The notes beneath the pieces are model-generated. The model searched no databases and was not told the DNA's origin. It saw nothing but the letters and a program-made list of their open reading frames with translations. Below are positions 28,126 to 42,075 of a stretch of 64,000 bases of DNA, piece after piece; the first letter of the stretch is position 1; each line of letters starts with the position of its first letter. The DNA comes from Octopus vulgaris (Eukaryota). The stretch covers positions 61,628,001-61,692,000 of the forward strand of contig OX597824.1 in assembly GCA_951406725.2 (NCBI GenBank), in the 5' to 3' direction. The position numbers and the translations under genes are program-made.

Positions 28126-28989
28126 TATAGAAAATGATATTTCTCTTAGCTTCCATGGAATGGAATTGAACGTAGAACTTCGTTGATCGGAAGTGAACTT
28201 TTTAGCCATTCGTCCATATCGTGCCTTCCCTGAAATTATATACCAAGAAAGCAAAAGTAATAAATAAAAAAACTGACAAAAGTAATGTAACTAAACATAA
28301 CTAAACTGAAATGAATACTGAACTATAGGAATTTTTATTATATCCAAATCAACTACACAAGTGTGCAATAGCTGGATTTTCTAGAAATAGCGCCCAAATC
28401 ATTCTCATATCGTACCCTATGTCTCATAGCATACCTTGTTGTATTAAGATTTTGGGAAGTGCAATGCCAGATCCTGTATTAGTTAAGCAAAGAAAATCTA
28501 AAATATGATCATGGTTGACATATGCGTCTCAGCATAGGATTGCAGAGACTGCACTGAGCTATTATCATCAGCACTGATAACAACAACACTAAAACCACCA
28601 CTATCAACATTACATTAAAAAATTCAGTGACAGAACTTGTATTTTGACCACACAATATTTTAGAAATAGTACTGTAATATATCTCAAATCAGAACATAGT
28701 TCAAGGGTTGGGGAGTTTTAGGAGTAAAGGCAAATTTACATGTACATTAGCACATATACATTAGTAAGAGTGAATGTGTACAGATACATATTCACTCAGG
28801 CATGCAATTAAGCATGTGCCAGTCAGTAAAATTTCATAAGTTATAACAGTAATCATAAAACATTAAGTATAAGAACAACGAATATACCATATATTATAAT
28901 ATTTTGATATTTAATTTCAATCTATTTTATTTTCTTGTTTCTTAATGAAACGATTTCTTCTTCTATGTTACCGAAGTCGTGAAGATATG

Positions 28990-30026
28990 ACGGATGATGC
29001 ACAAATCCTTAGTTGATTTGCCATATCAAAAAATTGTAGAACTGAAATGTTTCTTGTTCGATTAATACATTGTTCTTGCAGTTGATGTAAAAAAATCCTC
29101 AAGAGTGTATATTTTCAATTCTTAGGTCTGTAGGATTTATATAATTTAAAGATAGACAATCTCTTAAATTTTCACATCATATCGAAAGATTATTCAATTA
29201 TAAATGGATTCAAACGTGTTGCTAGTAATCGAGGGTTTCATCTACTATTTCACCAAAAGGCGTATTCGTAGTTCGAATTCAAGATTAAGTAAACATTGAG
29301 GCGTTTCATGAAATTTATTCAAGCGATTGAAAAACTTTTCAGCGTACTCCTTGGTTCATAAATGTAAAATTCATCATGAAATGGTTTCCAGTTGAGTTAC
29401 GAACATTTGACGTATCAATTTAATGCTACTAATTTTTGCAAGAATACTAAGCTAATAAGTTGTTTTCACCCTCAATTTCAAACTTTCATAAGTTCAGTGG
29501 CTAAGAATATCGATGAGAAAATCATTTCATCGCATATAGTCTTCTGATTTCATATCGTGTATAACTTATATAATCATAAATATCTATAAATGGTTGGCCA
29601 TATGCTCTATGCTAAACCAGCACTTCCTTCTACGATGCAATGCACTCCAACCCCATATTTCAAAGTTTTACAGTATCTCTTTAAATCGTTTGTTTCTCAG
29701 TCTGTCATTTGTAAATGAATTTATACATTGCTCGTGTCTGTTCATTGTTAGATAATGTGAGGAATTTACTGTTGAATAAGACAATGGAGCGCAATTAAGA
29801 TATGAGAATCTGCTTGAGGTTTCACTAATTGTCTGTTGAAAGAAAACTATACTAGTCTCTTGGTCTTGAATTTTAAACTGTTTCAAAATAGGTTTTATAG
29901 AACATCGTTGATAGCTGGTTTCAAAATTTGAATTAAGACTGTTGAGCGATTTAATCAGCTCTGCCATACATTCTTTATAATATAGAAACAAATGATGAAA
30001 TAGTTGCGTCCTATATCACACCTAAC
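28990..30026 (-). pseudogene. decayed NACHT/STAND-like NTPase exon
   Basis: HCIVEGSAGLA*S (29604-29642) is two substitutions from Walker A GSAGLGKS; downstream ELRIRLL (LxxPLL-like) and TLEDFFTS (TLQEFFAA-like) occur in the expected order; many stops. Confidence 0.4.
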
Positions 30027-30676
30027 CTGAGGATAATAATAAAAAAAAACTGCTACAATAATTGCAGTTAAGCATCAAGTACATAGTTGAACGAGATTGC
30101 CAGAATAATTAAAATGTTATTAGCTTGAATAATTAAAATAATATAAACTACTGAGTTAATATGGTCCTTTGTTGTTTTTTTTTATTTGATTTCTAAGTAC
30201 TCACGTCATTAAGTATTCTTAGCCTAAAGAATTGTTATTTAATTGCGATCAATTTTCTCAAGTATATAATACTGACTTTTGGTTGTTTGGATGCCATTTT
30301 TTTTTATTCAGATGGCGATATATATTATTTATAAGGTTTTCCAAGTAAAGAATAGATAAGGTTGGTGTCTGTTATTACGATTATTTTCATTGATTTAACT
30401 TAATGTTTTGAATTCGTGGCCTAGTGGTTGGGATGTACCATCGATGATCATCAGACCGTGGAGTGAATTGCTAGGACGACTAGTACGTTTGGTCTTCTAG
30501 GGAGGCTCATCTGAATGAGTACAGAACCGGCTGCTAGTGCTGTGTTATCAACCTGTAATTGTTGCGATGTGGACGATTCATTGGGGGCAAGATAAGGATA
30601 TCAAAATAGTTCTAATGTTTGTTCGGGATCGGAAACAATTACCGAATACATAGTACACATTAAAAAGCAATATTAC

Positions 30677-30972
30677 CTCGTGAATGGTAGTTGGCTGTAT
30701 TTGCACACAGCAATATTATTAGGAATAACACATTTCTGATTGTTGGAATATTTTATTTTGATATCAACATATACACTGCATTTGGAATCTGATCGATGAG
30801 TTCCTTGATACTGGACATGGATAAGTATCGAATTGGATTCAAATTCGCAACATTTATTTGCAAGCTAGGGACAATAACGTCCATTAAACGCTATAACATT
30901 GATACGCTCATACGTTACAGTTGTACAAGGAGTATTGCTATCATGAGCAACAACATCCCGTACTACTCTAGT
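30677..30972 (-). pseudogene. Cys-rich exon with a single premature stop
   Basis: tttctag acceptor and gtaata donor bound 98 codons TRVVRDVVAHDSNTPC...YCP*LANKCC...QLPFT with one TAG. Confidence 0.45.
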
Positions 30973-31094
30973 CTAGAAATATAGTTTCTAATTCCAATCC
31001 ACTCCAACCAAGTGTAGTATAAATAGCCAGAAATATATTAACCGAAGACAATCAGAGACCAAAGTGTTCAGTATCGGGTTGGTGTTAATATTCT

Positions 31095-31680
31095 TTTCTA
31101 CCCCAGGCACAAACTCCGAAATTTTGGGGGAGGGGCTCAGTTGATTTGATCGACCCCAGTACCCAAGTGGCACTTAATTTATCAACCCCGAAAGGATGAA
31201 AGACAAAGTTGACCGCAGTGGAATTTGAACTCAGAACGTAAAGGCAGACCAAATATCGGTAAGCATTTCGACGGCATGCTAACGTTTTTTATTTCTTTAC
31301 TACCCACAAAGGGCTACACACAGAGGGGACAAACAAGGGCAGACAAACGGATTAAATCGATTATATTGACCCCAGTGTGTAACTGGTACTTATTTAATCG
31401 ACTCCGAAAGGATGAAAGGCAAAGTCGACCTCGGAAGAATTTGAATTCAGAACGTAACGGCAGACGAAATACATATTTCTTTACTACCCACAAAGGGCTA
31501 AACACAGAGAGGACAAACAAGGACAGACAATGGGATTAAGTCGATTACATCGACCCCAGTGCGTAACTGGTACTTAATTTATCGACCCCGACAGAATTTG
31601 AACTCAGAACGTAGCGGCAGACGAAATACGGCTACGCATTTCGCCCGGCGTGCTAACGTTTCTGCCAGCTCACCGCCTTG
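31095..31680 (-). mobile_element. three head-to-tail or nested SINE family B copies
   Basis: gaatttgaa(c/t)tcagaacgta recurs at ~31221, ~31437 and ~31594; tttctttactacccacaaagggct occurs twice. Confidence 0.8.
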
Positions 31681-31809
31681 GTTGGTGTTACTAGTGATAC
31701 ACCACTGAAGGCAGTGAACTGTCTGAGTCATTGATGTGTCGGGAAAAGTGATTAGTGGCATTTCTTACGGCTATATACTTTTAGATTTTAAACCTGTACC
31801 TTTATTTCA

Positions 31810-32100
31810 AAAGGCCAGCCTTGTCATACTATGTGTCACGCTGAATCTCCCCGAGAACTACGTTAAGGGTACACGTGTCTGTGGTGTGCTCTACCACTTG
31901 CACGTTAATAAATGAGCTGCGACGTCACTGGTGCTGTATCTGCCTTTTCCTTTTCCTTGGATAACACTGGTGGCATGGAGAGGGAAAGCTGGTATACGTG
32001 GGCGACTGCTGATCTTCCATAAACAACCTTGCCCAGACTTGTGTCTCGGAGGGTAATTTTCTAGGTGCAATCCTATGGTCAGTCATGACTAAAGGGGTTC
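31810..32100 (+). mobile_element. SINE family C (central domain plus RTE-like tail)
   Basis: gagaactacgttaagggtac is shared (inverted) with 42795-42956; the tail is shared (inverted) with 44409-44540. Confidence 0.6.
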
Positions 32101-32463
32101 ACAACAAAATGTAAGGAACATTGAGTGGTTAGGCAGTTTGTTTGTCTACCTTAAAAATCTCGGGTTCGTCTCACTGCATGGAATGTTGGACAAGTACGAT
32201 AACCAAGACCAGTAGTTGACCTCAACATTGTGAGGGAAATTGGCTTGAGGGAAACTGTATAGAAGCCTGTCCGAATGATTGTAACTTTGATTTGAACATC
32301 CGTCATTGTCATATGTGTCGCGTTGAGAATTATGCTAAGGATGTACGTGTTCGTGGAATATGCAATCACTTTGTTCAAAAATACAATAAATGGTTTATCG
32401 TATATTGCAACCGACGACACTAGGATTATCCTCAGTGCGTGAAATCAATATTACTGCTTCTTA

Positions 32464-32680
32464 AGGCGGCGAGCTGGCAGGATCGTTGGCACGATGAGCA
32501 AAATGTTTAGCGGTATTTCGTCTGCCTTACGTTTTCAGTTAAACTTTTGCTAAATCCAACATTGTTTTTCATCCTTTCTGGGTCGGTAAAATAACTACCA
32601 GTTGAACTCTAGGCTCAATGTAATCGACTAAGCCCCTATCCCGAAATTGTAGTCCTTCTGCTAAACATTGAAATCAGTAT
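32464..32680 (+). mobile_element. SINE family B
   Basis: aggcggcgagctggcaggatcgttggcac...tgtaatcgactaa. Confidence 0.7.
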
Positions 32681-33270
32681 CACTGCTTCGTTAAACTGGA
32701 GTGAAGTCGACTGCACACAGTCTTCGTTACTGGATTAATTCCTAATTAATGGTCATTCTACATCCATTACACTTAAATCCGATGTTTGGGAATACATCAA
32801 CATTAAAAATATTAAAAACATGGTAAATATTGTTTAACCTCAAATTGTAGTTTTATTATTTTGTTATTGCTGATTGAACAGATTTATGATTGAAGACTTA
32901 AGACTTGAGTAATCATGAATTATGTATGCGAAAAAATAATTTTTCAATCTCTTTTTTTCTTCAAGCGGTAGAATTTAAACTGAGAGAAATTTCGCTGCTA
33001 TTTATAGTAAGGAGTTGACTGTGGTTGGACGATTCCCTGTTGAACTGACAGTGAATATAATAGCTGGCTATAATGTGAATGTGGGACTTAGGTTAGTGCT
33101 TATATAAAATGGTTAGCACTTAGGATGAAGAAAAATTTCAAATGTGACAATAGACAATACTTATTGATTTTTCATTTAAGGGATTAGGGTATGGGGACAG
33201 AAGTTTAGTTTCTATTTATACTTGGTTGACCTGCTTTTAAGTGGCTTACTCCTCTGAAAATTTGTTGTAG

Positions 33271-34281
33271 GTATCATACACAACGTACACCATCTATATT
33301 TATTTCACCAAATCGAGTTAGTCCTGGCCGCGTTGTAGGCGATCGTAACACTAACATCGAAACATTTTTTGCTTCAGAAACTTCACTGACAAAAACAATA
33401 ACTACGTAAACGTATCTAATTTGTCAAGACAATGATTTCTCATATAAGCCATACAACGTAAGGAATCACACAGTTGATCATGTGATAACTCTATATTGCA
33501 TGATTCTTATGTAATTGTCCAATCTGGAGCAAGGGAAAGTGAAGTCATCATTAGTGGTATTCGAACCCAGAACATAAAGTAATTAAACACCATAAGAGAT
33601 TGTGAGCGATGCACTCCTGATCCCGTCAACCTAACACCCGGTTGTAAACGAAAATGATGTTGTAGTCATATTGAAGCATATCATTGATTATGTGTCTGAT
33701 ACTAAATAAAATTTCTTCGTCCGGTTCTCGAAAAATATTACTATCTAAATGCCTAAGGAAATAGAGAATAGGAAAAGAAACTTTTAACGGAAAAGAAAAT
33801 CGTCAGCGTGTTTTTAGAATTTCAATTTAGAAATCTCAATAGAAAGATATTCATGGGAATATTAGAAAATAAATAGCTTGAAAGAATTTATTGCAATCCC
33901 AATATCGTGCGTTTTCTGTTTAAAATCATATCAAACTTTAGCCGCCGGCTTAGAATAAAGTTTCATTGTCTTCTGAAAGAATTGCATTATCACAAAGCTA
34001 ATATGGGAACTACTAAATGCTGTGGGCTGTATGTAGGTGTTGTAAAGGGAATAATGCGTAAGAAAGTTATATTAAGTGTTCGATCGTCAGTATAGTACCG
34101 TATCAAATTACACACTGACTGGATTAATTCTTGTAACATTTTGGTTTGAGGAATGTTGATAGCTTACTCAGGTTCTCACGTTGATATTATTGTAGATTTT
34201 TACAGCCAGGCCGACGCTGTTCTTCATAGTCTAAAGTGCTGCAGCCATGGAAAACCATCAGTGTTTATCCAAAGATATATT
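33271..34281 (+). pseudogene. decayed large exon, NACHT-like, interrupted by a SINE remnant (~33515-33640)
   Basis: tgtag acceptor and gtaagt donor. About 190 codons in one frame with ~5 stops join ORFs 33907 and 34153; motifs LERIYCNPNIVRFL and AYSGSHVDIIVDFYS. Confidence 0.33.
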
Positions 34282-35009
34282 GTAAGTCGTATCGCCTTTC
34301 AGTACTCTGATCAATACCAATCCAAACCTCCCTTAAATTATAATTGTAACTTAATGCGTTGAAAAAGTAAGACGTGTCTGGTAATGCACCAAAACTGAAA
34401 AATTCGAGTTTATTGCAGCTGGAATTCCTGGCATAAGGCTAGGACCAGAGACGAGCTGAGGTTAAATAACTACAGACATTGATTTGTCTTTTGTTCTGAA
34501 CCATGGATTCTATCGCAATTTAATGAAGCTTTCTACATTTATGTCGATGTGCACATACGTGCGAATTTTTATTTATAAATTTGAATGTAAAAAAGCATTC
34601 TCACATAAAGTGAATTAGCAATTAGTCAATCCATGGTGAAAGCAGTTCCTACAAAGATCCAACGACTAACATAGAGGGGATAATAGGTTAGATTATGTTA
34701 CTTCCCATGATAAGTATATTTATTTCTATCGAAATCTTGTACAGTCTCGTTTAACTTCGTGTATGCTCATCCAAAATGAAGACGAGTACTAATGTGGCAG
34801 GCTTCATAATTGTTAAACGATTTGTGTTAACATAAAACCATTGTTAGGATTCTTAACCCACAAATAAATAAAAAAGTATATATTATAAATAAGAAAATAT
34901 TATTAAATAGTGCAATACAGTAGTATTGATTCTTAGTAAAACAAACTAACATCTTATTTATATATAAACACACACACATATATACATACATATCTTTATA
35001 TATATTATT

Positions 35010-35241
35010 CTTTTACTCTTTGATTTGTTTCAGTCAATTGACTTCAGCCATGCTGGAGCACTATATATATATATATATGGATACAGGAGTAGGCGTGGCT
35101 GTGTAATAAAAAGCTTTTCAACCACATGGTTCCGTGTTCAGTCCCACTTCATGGCATATTGAGCAAGTGTCTCCGGCAATAGCTTCGGGCTGACTGAAGC
35201 CGTGTGTGAATTTCGTGGACGGAAACAAAAAGAATCCCATC

Positions 35242-35245
<4 letters not shown>
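35010..35245 (-). mobile_element. SINE family A fragments in both orientations
   Basis: Tail fragment at 35010-35061 (-) and head at 35085-35243 (+). Confidence 0.6.
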
Positions 35246-35285
<40 letters not shown>

Positions 35286-36214
35286 GTATATATACTCTTT
35301 TATTCGTTTACTCATATAAATATATATGTATATACATACATATATATACATATATATACATATATATAAACATATAAATATACATATGTATATACATATA
35401 TGCATACATATATACACACACGTATATAGATACATATATGTATAAATACATACACATTCACACACACACACATATAAATATATACACACAGAGAATTTGT
35501 TTCTGAAAATAGCCTGAATTTGAAAAACTTGTAATTGTTGTTAAATAAATATACTTACATACGTACCAAAATAGTTACTACAATTTCTTGTTTATCAATG
35601 CCATAATTGTACAATGGGATTTTTAAATTATAATATTGCAAAATAGAAGAATATAAAAAATGTGAATTGTTAAATGTTTGGTCGTACTGAGTTAAGACAG
35701 CGAAATAAGAAAAGAGAGCAAAAAATGTTTATTTTTTCTTCTTACAGTTTCTGTCATTTTGCGTATGAATTTATTTTCTGTCGCGTATATGGCTTTTTGC
35801 TTGTAATGGAGTGTTTTGGAATTGATATGTTTTTCCGCGAACGGATCTAATTTTTGATTCGTCATAACGCTGATGATGTCTTATTCTTTCTGGTGGTCAA
35901 GTTTGGCATTCTACCAATTTGACTTCCCTGTGGTTGATTCCGGTTAGTTGATTCTCTTATAGGGTCAGTTTGTTATTTTTTGCCGAGAATCCGGTTCTGA
36001 TTGAAGGTAAAATTTCACTGATCTAGAGATAGGTGACGTCAACAACTGGTGTTTGGGAAGGTGTGTGATGTTATTGTATAGTGATTTGGAGCTGATGTTT
36101 CGAAACCCATGAGGAAAACTGTTACTAAAATTTTCGAATTATGGTTGTTGTATCTGGTTGTTTTTTATGTGTGGGGAAATTGAGTTTATTCTTCTTTTTA
36201 GTGATTTTTTTTCT

Positions 36215-36710
36215 TTCTAAAGGAGATTTAGCTGTGGTTTATATTTTTCAATGTCTATACTTTCCTTATTCAATCAGAATTGGGTTCAAGTCTTACCGGA
36301 GGATTGATAGAAAGGGAAGATTTGGTATTTCGGGTTTATGTTTGCGTGGCATTGGTCAAGGTGATTGCTACAGAAATTTTCCTAATCGTGGGTCCCGAAT
36401 TTGTTGCCTGTCTACCGTTAGTCTGTCCCTCAAGATCAAGTTAGTTTGACCTATGTTGTCTCCATCACACCCAGAACATTTGAAGATATATATTGAGTTC
36501 TTCGATACAAAGGTGAAGCGATATTTTATGGTGAAAGGTTGACCTGACTTAAACTTGTATGATGAAGTTTCTAAGAAAGAGGTACAAGTCCCGCAGTTAG
36601 GGTGGTTGCAGTTTTTGACTAGACGGGTTGTAATTTTGGTGGGTAATTTGGCACTGGTGAGTAACCTTTTTAGGGATTTAGGTTGTCTCTTGCTTGTAAT
36701 AATCCTCCTG
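36215..36710 (-). mobile_element. Penelope-like element linker plus GIY-YIG endonuclease remnant
   Basis: SKRQPKSLKRLL...CNHPNCGTC...NSIYIFKCSGCDGDNIGQT..LRDRLTVDRQQIR...IFPFY...KYKPQLN. Confidence 0.85.
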
Positions 36711-36719
36711 CCAACGAAT

Positions 36720-37106
36720 TGTGAGTGAGAAATTTCGAATGAAAAGAGATGCAGAAAAATTTTTGCCTCACTTGCTCACGGAAAATCAAAAGTAATGACC
36801 AAATGCGTGTCGTGAACTTCAGTTGAAATTAATCCGAGCCGTTTTTTTCCAAGTTCCTCACTGGTGTTCGAAGCTGGTGTTACGGAATTTGCAAATGTGG
36901 AAGTGGTTAAAAAAAAAGCGACGAAGGCGATAAAAGTCATTGCTTCGAAAGAGTTCTAGTACCGGTTCAAACGGTAGAAAACGCGTCTGAACAGAGGCAT
37001 TGTTTCAAATGGAGAATAATTTGAAGGCAATAAAATTGTAAACATGATAACTGTGTGAATAAAATATTGTTGCAAAATTCCGGTTTCTTTCAGGTATACA
37101 CTCGTA
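36720..37106 (+). mobile_element. mariner remnant (C-terminus and 3' TIR)
   Basis: KR*KTRLNRGIVSNGE*FEG matches mariner W..R...C....G.YFE; ends ...tacactcgTA. Confidence 0.65.
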
Positions 37107-37129
37107 TATGCATACATACATCCATACAT

Positions 37130-37785
37130 AAGGACATTCTATAATGAAATCCATCGGAAGGATAATCCCGAGGGCAAAGATATAAAAGCCCAAAATATGG
37201 TTGTAGACATAGCCAGTCATAATGAAAAGGAATACTGGTGGAATGTACCAGTGAAATCTTCAATAGAATGTAAGCACAACAGACCTGATATAAGGATTTG
37301 GGATAGAGAAGAGAAACTGTGCACAATTGTGGAAGTTAGCTGCCCAGCGGATGCTAACATAAAATTGAAGATTAGTGAAAAAGAGAACACCTATGCTGAA
37401 CTATTGAGAAGTTTACAGGTACTCTATCCAGATTACACGTTCAGCTTTATATAACACACTGACTAAATACTAATCCTGAGAAATTAGGCTTCTCAAAACC
37501 AGAAAGTAGAAAGCTAATTCAAAGGCTACAGATCCAGTCTATTACTGGAACTATAAAGTATGTCAAACTTTTCAGCAGTTTATCATTTAGATATATACGA
37601 GCATGTCTAGATATGTCACTCTATGCATGAGAATACATACACAAGACATAAAAATCTGCACATAAATATATACATACATACAAAAATACCCTGTTGTTGA
37701 TGTTGAAATTTCAATGAAAGAACCTTGGATCTGGGTTAGAAACCTGTTCTTTCTTTATTGGCAAGAAATCTTCAAATAAACTGAA
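37130..37785 (+). mobile_element. 3' end of an RLE-type LINE (R4/NeSL-like)
   Basis: YWWNVPV..KHNRPDIRIWD..CTIVEVSCP...KENTYAEL, a PD-(D/E)xK-type motif. Confidence 0.8.
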
Positions 37786-37826
37786 TAATTACATACATAC
37801 ATACATACATACAGACAGACAGACAG

Positions 37827-37857
<31 letters not shown>

Positions 37858-37875
37858 AATATATGTACACTTTGT

Positions 37876-37935
<60 letters not shown>

Positions 37936-37939
37936 TTAG

Positions 37940-38946
37940 GATTGGACAAAATCCCCCTAGGACAAAAGAACCTCGGACAAAAGCCCCAGTTATATTTTTT
38001 GATTATTCTTCATTTATTTTATTTTCTTAAAACCTTTTAACTAGTTTCACTCACTGGATTGCGACTATGCTGGGGCACCACCTTAAAAAATCTATTCTAG
38101 GTAATATTTCCCTAGCACGTAAAATTAAGCCTAGAAGGTCTCTCCACATAATAGAAATAACAGCCAAACCTAAAGAAGTTTTTATAATTTAACGTAAGCA
38201 AAAACGAAAATCGCGGTTGTAAAAAAATATTTATTTTTCAGAATTCCAATTTTTAAGTAAGCAAAATATATTAAATCGAAAATAAATAAGTATAACAGAA
38301 TAATAGAACACAAGACTCTTTATTATTCAATGTACATATTGTCTGAATTCTAACAAAAGGGAAAGCATTTACATCTAGAAATGTGTAGAAACATAAAAAC
38401 GATAAGAAATATGTTTGAATGACTAGCCTTTGGCGCTATATTTCTGTAAGAGAAAGTTCAAAATGTGAGCTCATTCTTATTAATCTGCAAGTGTTAAGAG
38501 ACGAAAACAAAAGAGTTTAAGTTTAAATTTTAAAATAGTGATTTTTTTGCGACTAGAAATTCTTCAACGCGCAACCCCAGCATTGCCGTAGTTCAATGAC
38601 TGAAACAAGTAAAAAGATTTTCAGAAAATAAAACCGAAGGGGTTGTAAAAATTTTCCAAGAGATTTGGCAGTTATAGCTAGCATTTGGAGATACATACAT
38701 TCTAGGCTTAACTTCATGCGCTGGTTGAAACTTTCTCGGCTTCCCTTCGCGCGCTGGTTGAAAATCATTAAATAAAATTATTCGTTTGTCGCTACGTGCA
38801 ACAAAAAATTATTCAAGGTGGTGCTCCAGCATGGCTACTGTCTAATGACTGAAATAAGTAAACGATGAAAATAATGAAAAAATAAACGAAAAATATAACC
38901 GTGGGACATTTGTCCGAGGGCCTTTTGTCCGAGAGGTTTTTGTTCT
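37940..38946. mobile_element. non-autonomous DNA transposon-like element with inverted subterminal GGACAAA repeats
   Basis: Three ggacaaaa copies at 37944-37983; ttgtcc-like copies inverted at ~38909-38945; (TA)n/(CA)n flanks. Confidence 0.55.
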
Positions 38947-38956
38947 ACACACACAC

Positions 38957-39029
<73 letters not shown>

Positions 39030-39181
39030 TAAGAAATTAAAAAGGAAAATACGTTCACTTACATAATTTTAATATGATTTTTAATATATCCTTTTTTAAT
39101 TTCTTATATACATTACAAATCACCACGTGGGGACATTCGAAATTCTTCCTTTCTGTTACTACTATATATATATATATATAT

Positions 39182-39235
<54 letters not shown>

Positions 39236-39259
39236 ATATATATATATGTATATATATAT

Positions 39260-39353
<94 letters not shown>

Positions 39354-39493
39354 CATACATACATACGTATGTTAATATATATATATATATTATTTATACG
39401 CAATTTTGTTACCGAATATGGTCCTTTTCCATACCGAAATACTACTAGGTGAAATTTATTGATTTTATTAAATTAATTATATTTCACCCTTTA

Positions 39494-39528
<35 letters not shown>

Positions 39529-39640
39529 CATTATTAAATCTCAGAATGAGATTGAAACAGTAATTGCTCGATAATGTAAAGTATAGAAGCCCCCTCCCCT
39601 ATGTGGTTACCCATGTTAAGATGGCTTCTATATATATTAG

Positions 39641-39694
<54 letters not shown>

Positions 39695-39697
<3 letters not shown>

Positions 39698-40310
39698 AAC
39701 ATATTTCTATCCATTACTCAACATTTAGGGATAGAAATAAACGGAATAGTACCGGTCTCAGCAAACTGATTTGGGATTTAAAAGACCACAATGAACAATT
39801 TCATTTAGAATGGTTGATTCTCTCAATTTCGATACAATATGACAAAGGCAAGAAATTATGTCTTCTCTGCAATTCTGAGCTATTTTTCATTATTTTTTCT
39901 GAAAATACTCTAGTAAACACGGTTATAGAGCGAGCATACAGATGTAAGCATTGGCAAAAACATACATTTAGTGCATATAAGTAGTCACTATCATTATATA
40001 TAATTTAAACTTTAATTTCCTTTATATTTAACACTCACTATTAATATCCCTACTCTTTCTGTTAGCTACTTATGACGTTATATCATATAACGTTTTTTTT
40101 TTTAAACAATATTAATAGCGTTCTGTCTATCGCTATACAAATCGATCATTTTTTGCTAAAATCTCTTATTGACGAGTTTCGTTTTTTTCACTTTCCTGAG
40201 GAGAAGATTGCATTGTTTATACCATTTATTCTTTTGAATAGTATCAGTGGAATTTTCGAAACATGTGTCGAAAGTAAAAATATTTGATTACATCTGCGTT
40301 AACTCCATTT
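39695..40310 (+). mobile_element. 3' end of a PLE (GIY-YIG C-terminus plus pseudo-LTR)
   Basis: STGLSKLIWDLKD...W.IL...YDKGKKLCLLCNSE...N...RCKH; homologous to 48924-49214; flanked by (TA)n. Confidence 0.8.
40190..40275 (+). ncRNA. type I hammerhead ribozyme
   Basis: actttc-CTGAGGA-gaagatt...aattttc-GAAAC-atgt-GTC-gaaagt: perfect 6-bp stem I, 7-bp stem II, intact core. Confidence 0.75.
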
Positions 40311-40317
40311 TTTTAAA

Positions 40318-40357
<40 letters not shown>

Positions 40358-40389
40358 CACTATATTATTACATACAATATGTCTATATG

Positions 40390-40518
<129 letters not shown>

Positions 40519-40608
40519 ATACATATATATACACTGTAGGATCAACTGCGGAAGCATGGGATTGCGAAGCGAACTCCTAGTCATTGCCGTAATATTTGAA
40601 TTTCTCTT

Positions 40609-40652
<44 letters not shown>

Positions 40653-40707
40653 GTTCTCTCTCTCTCTCTCTCTCTCTTCAGAAGTCTATGTAGAAAGCAT
40701 AACTTAC

Positions 40708-41018
40708 AAATCTGGAACCATTCCAAGTAATTCAGAACTTTAACTGATCTTATTCTTTCAGTGAAAAATACTTGGATTCTATCCAGTAAATCTATTTGCT
40801 AAGTGTTAGCGAACAATAAGAGTTGTGAAGCTTGAACAGCAATTACACTGCTTCCCGTAAAGTAAACGAATAACAAGTTCTTTCTTAGGCAGAAAGCCAT
40901 GTTTGTTTTAAGGGTCAGTAATGCTGTCAAATGAAGAGTCCCTAAACATATTATTCGCTTTTGTTTATCGATTGTGTGATAGCTTATTGCTTGCATGATT
41001 CTGAAGTGAAGTAACAAT
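40708..41018 (-). pseudogene. decayed paralogue of the 4392-4657 exon
   Basis: attag acceptor and gtaagt donor. RDSSFDSITDP*NKHGFL..IRLLYGKQCNCCSSF aligns to RDQFCMTMRDNLKLHGFL..IASLSGEECSHGSSF. Confidence 0.5.
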
Positions 41019-41329
41019 CTAATTATATTTTGTTTTACGTGTAAATGTACAGGTCCGAAAATGGCAGTCCCAAAGTTTTACTGTCGCAACCGATGTTTGT
41101 GTCTCTTATTTTAGTATTATAGGTAAAAGAAGAATAGAGCAAACATAACAAATTAATTTTATAGCGGTGGATTGATGCTTGGAGTAGTGGGAAGCCAGTA
41201 GAGCGATGGGTAATTTTTCCTGCACATAAAACGACCTTGGCCTAGTTTGGAGCAGGCGAGGAGAAGTGTTTCCACTGCATGGATTGTCCCTTTGACTCTG
41301 GCTCAAAACAATAAACCCATCACTCACCC

Positions 41330-42075
41330 TGGATTTGGAAACGTTCAAGAAAACTAGAAGGATCTTCCTGAAACAACGTCAGAGTCTTCCGTGATGTGAT
41401 TAGCCTGGTACGCTTTTGATCTGGTGTCAGATGAAGCGGGATCCACTGAGAAGAAACCTTCATCGAGCCAAGTTCATTGTGCAGAACATTCTCAGCACTC
41501 TAACAGGATGTGTTAATAGCCTTGACTATTTGATGTATAGTCAATTGCCTGTTATGGACATTATGTGGTGAAAGCAGTCTAGGGTTTTTCGATGGTAGCT
41601 GTTGCAGGACATCCAAACATTGGGCCAGTATGTGAATGCTAACCTGTATGCTCATTACCTGCAGCTAGTATATGATGCATAAAAGCCTCCTACACAGCAT
41701 TGGTCAATCAAAGACGTACATTCCTACAGCATGACAAAGCCCCACTACATACTGCCAATGTGAGCAATCGTAAACTCGAGGACCTTGAGGAGCTAGAAGT
41801 TCAAACCTTGCTCCATGAGATTACCCTCTTCTCTGATCCATGGCTAATTTCAAGTACGGAGGCAAGTTCAACAACTAGGATGAAGTTGAAAACGAGTGAA
41901 AGCCCTTTGCTCATGAACCAGACAAGTGGCATAAGCGTGGAATTGAGTTTATGGTACAACCATGACAACAGACACTAGAATATGGTAAGAAGTATTTTAG
42001 TCAATAAACGTATGTAATTTGTCCGAACAATTAATGAAAGCTTGAAATACGAGAATCATTTTACTCAACCGGGTA
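41330..42075 (+). mobile_element. decayed mariner transposase (catalytic domain)
   Basis: LVNQRRTFLQHDKAPLHTA and LAP*DY (HDNA.PH and LAPSDY motifs). Confidence 0.7.

Noticed and set aside
31095-31680. Regularly recurring motifs resembling a CRISPR array
   Set aside because: The intervening sequences are homologous SINE parts, the context is eukaryotic and there are no cas genes.
35868-35900. CTGATGA as a hammerhead core
   Set aside because: No closing stem II and no GAAA/NUH partner found.
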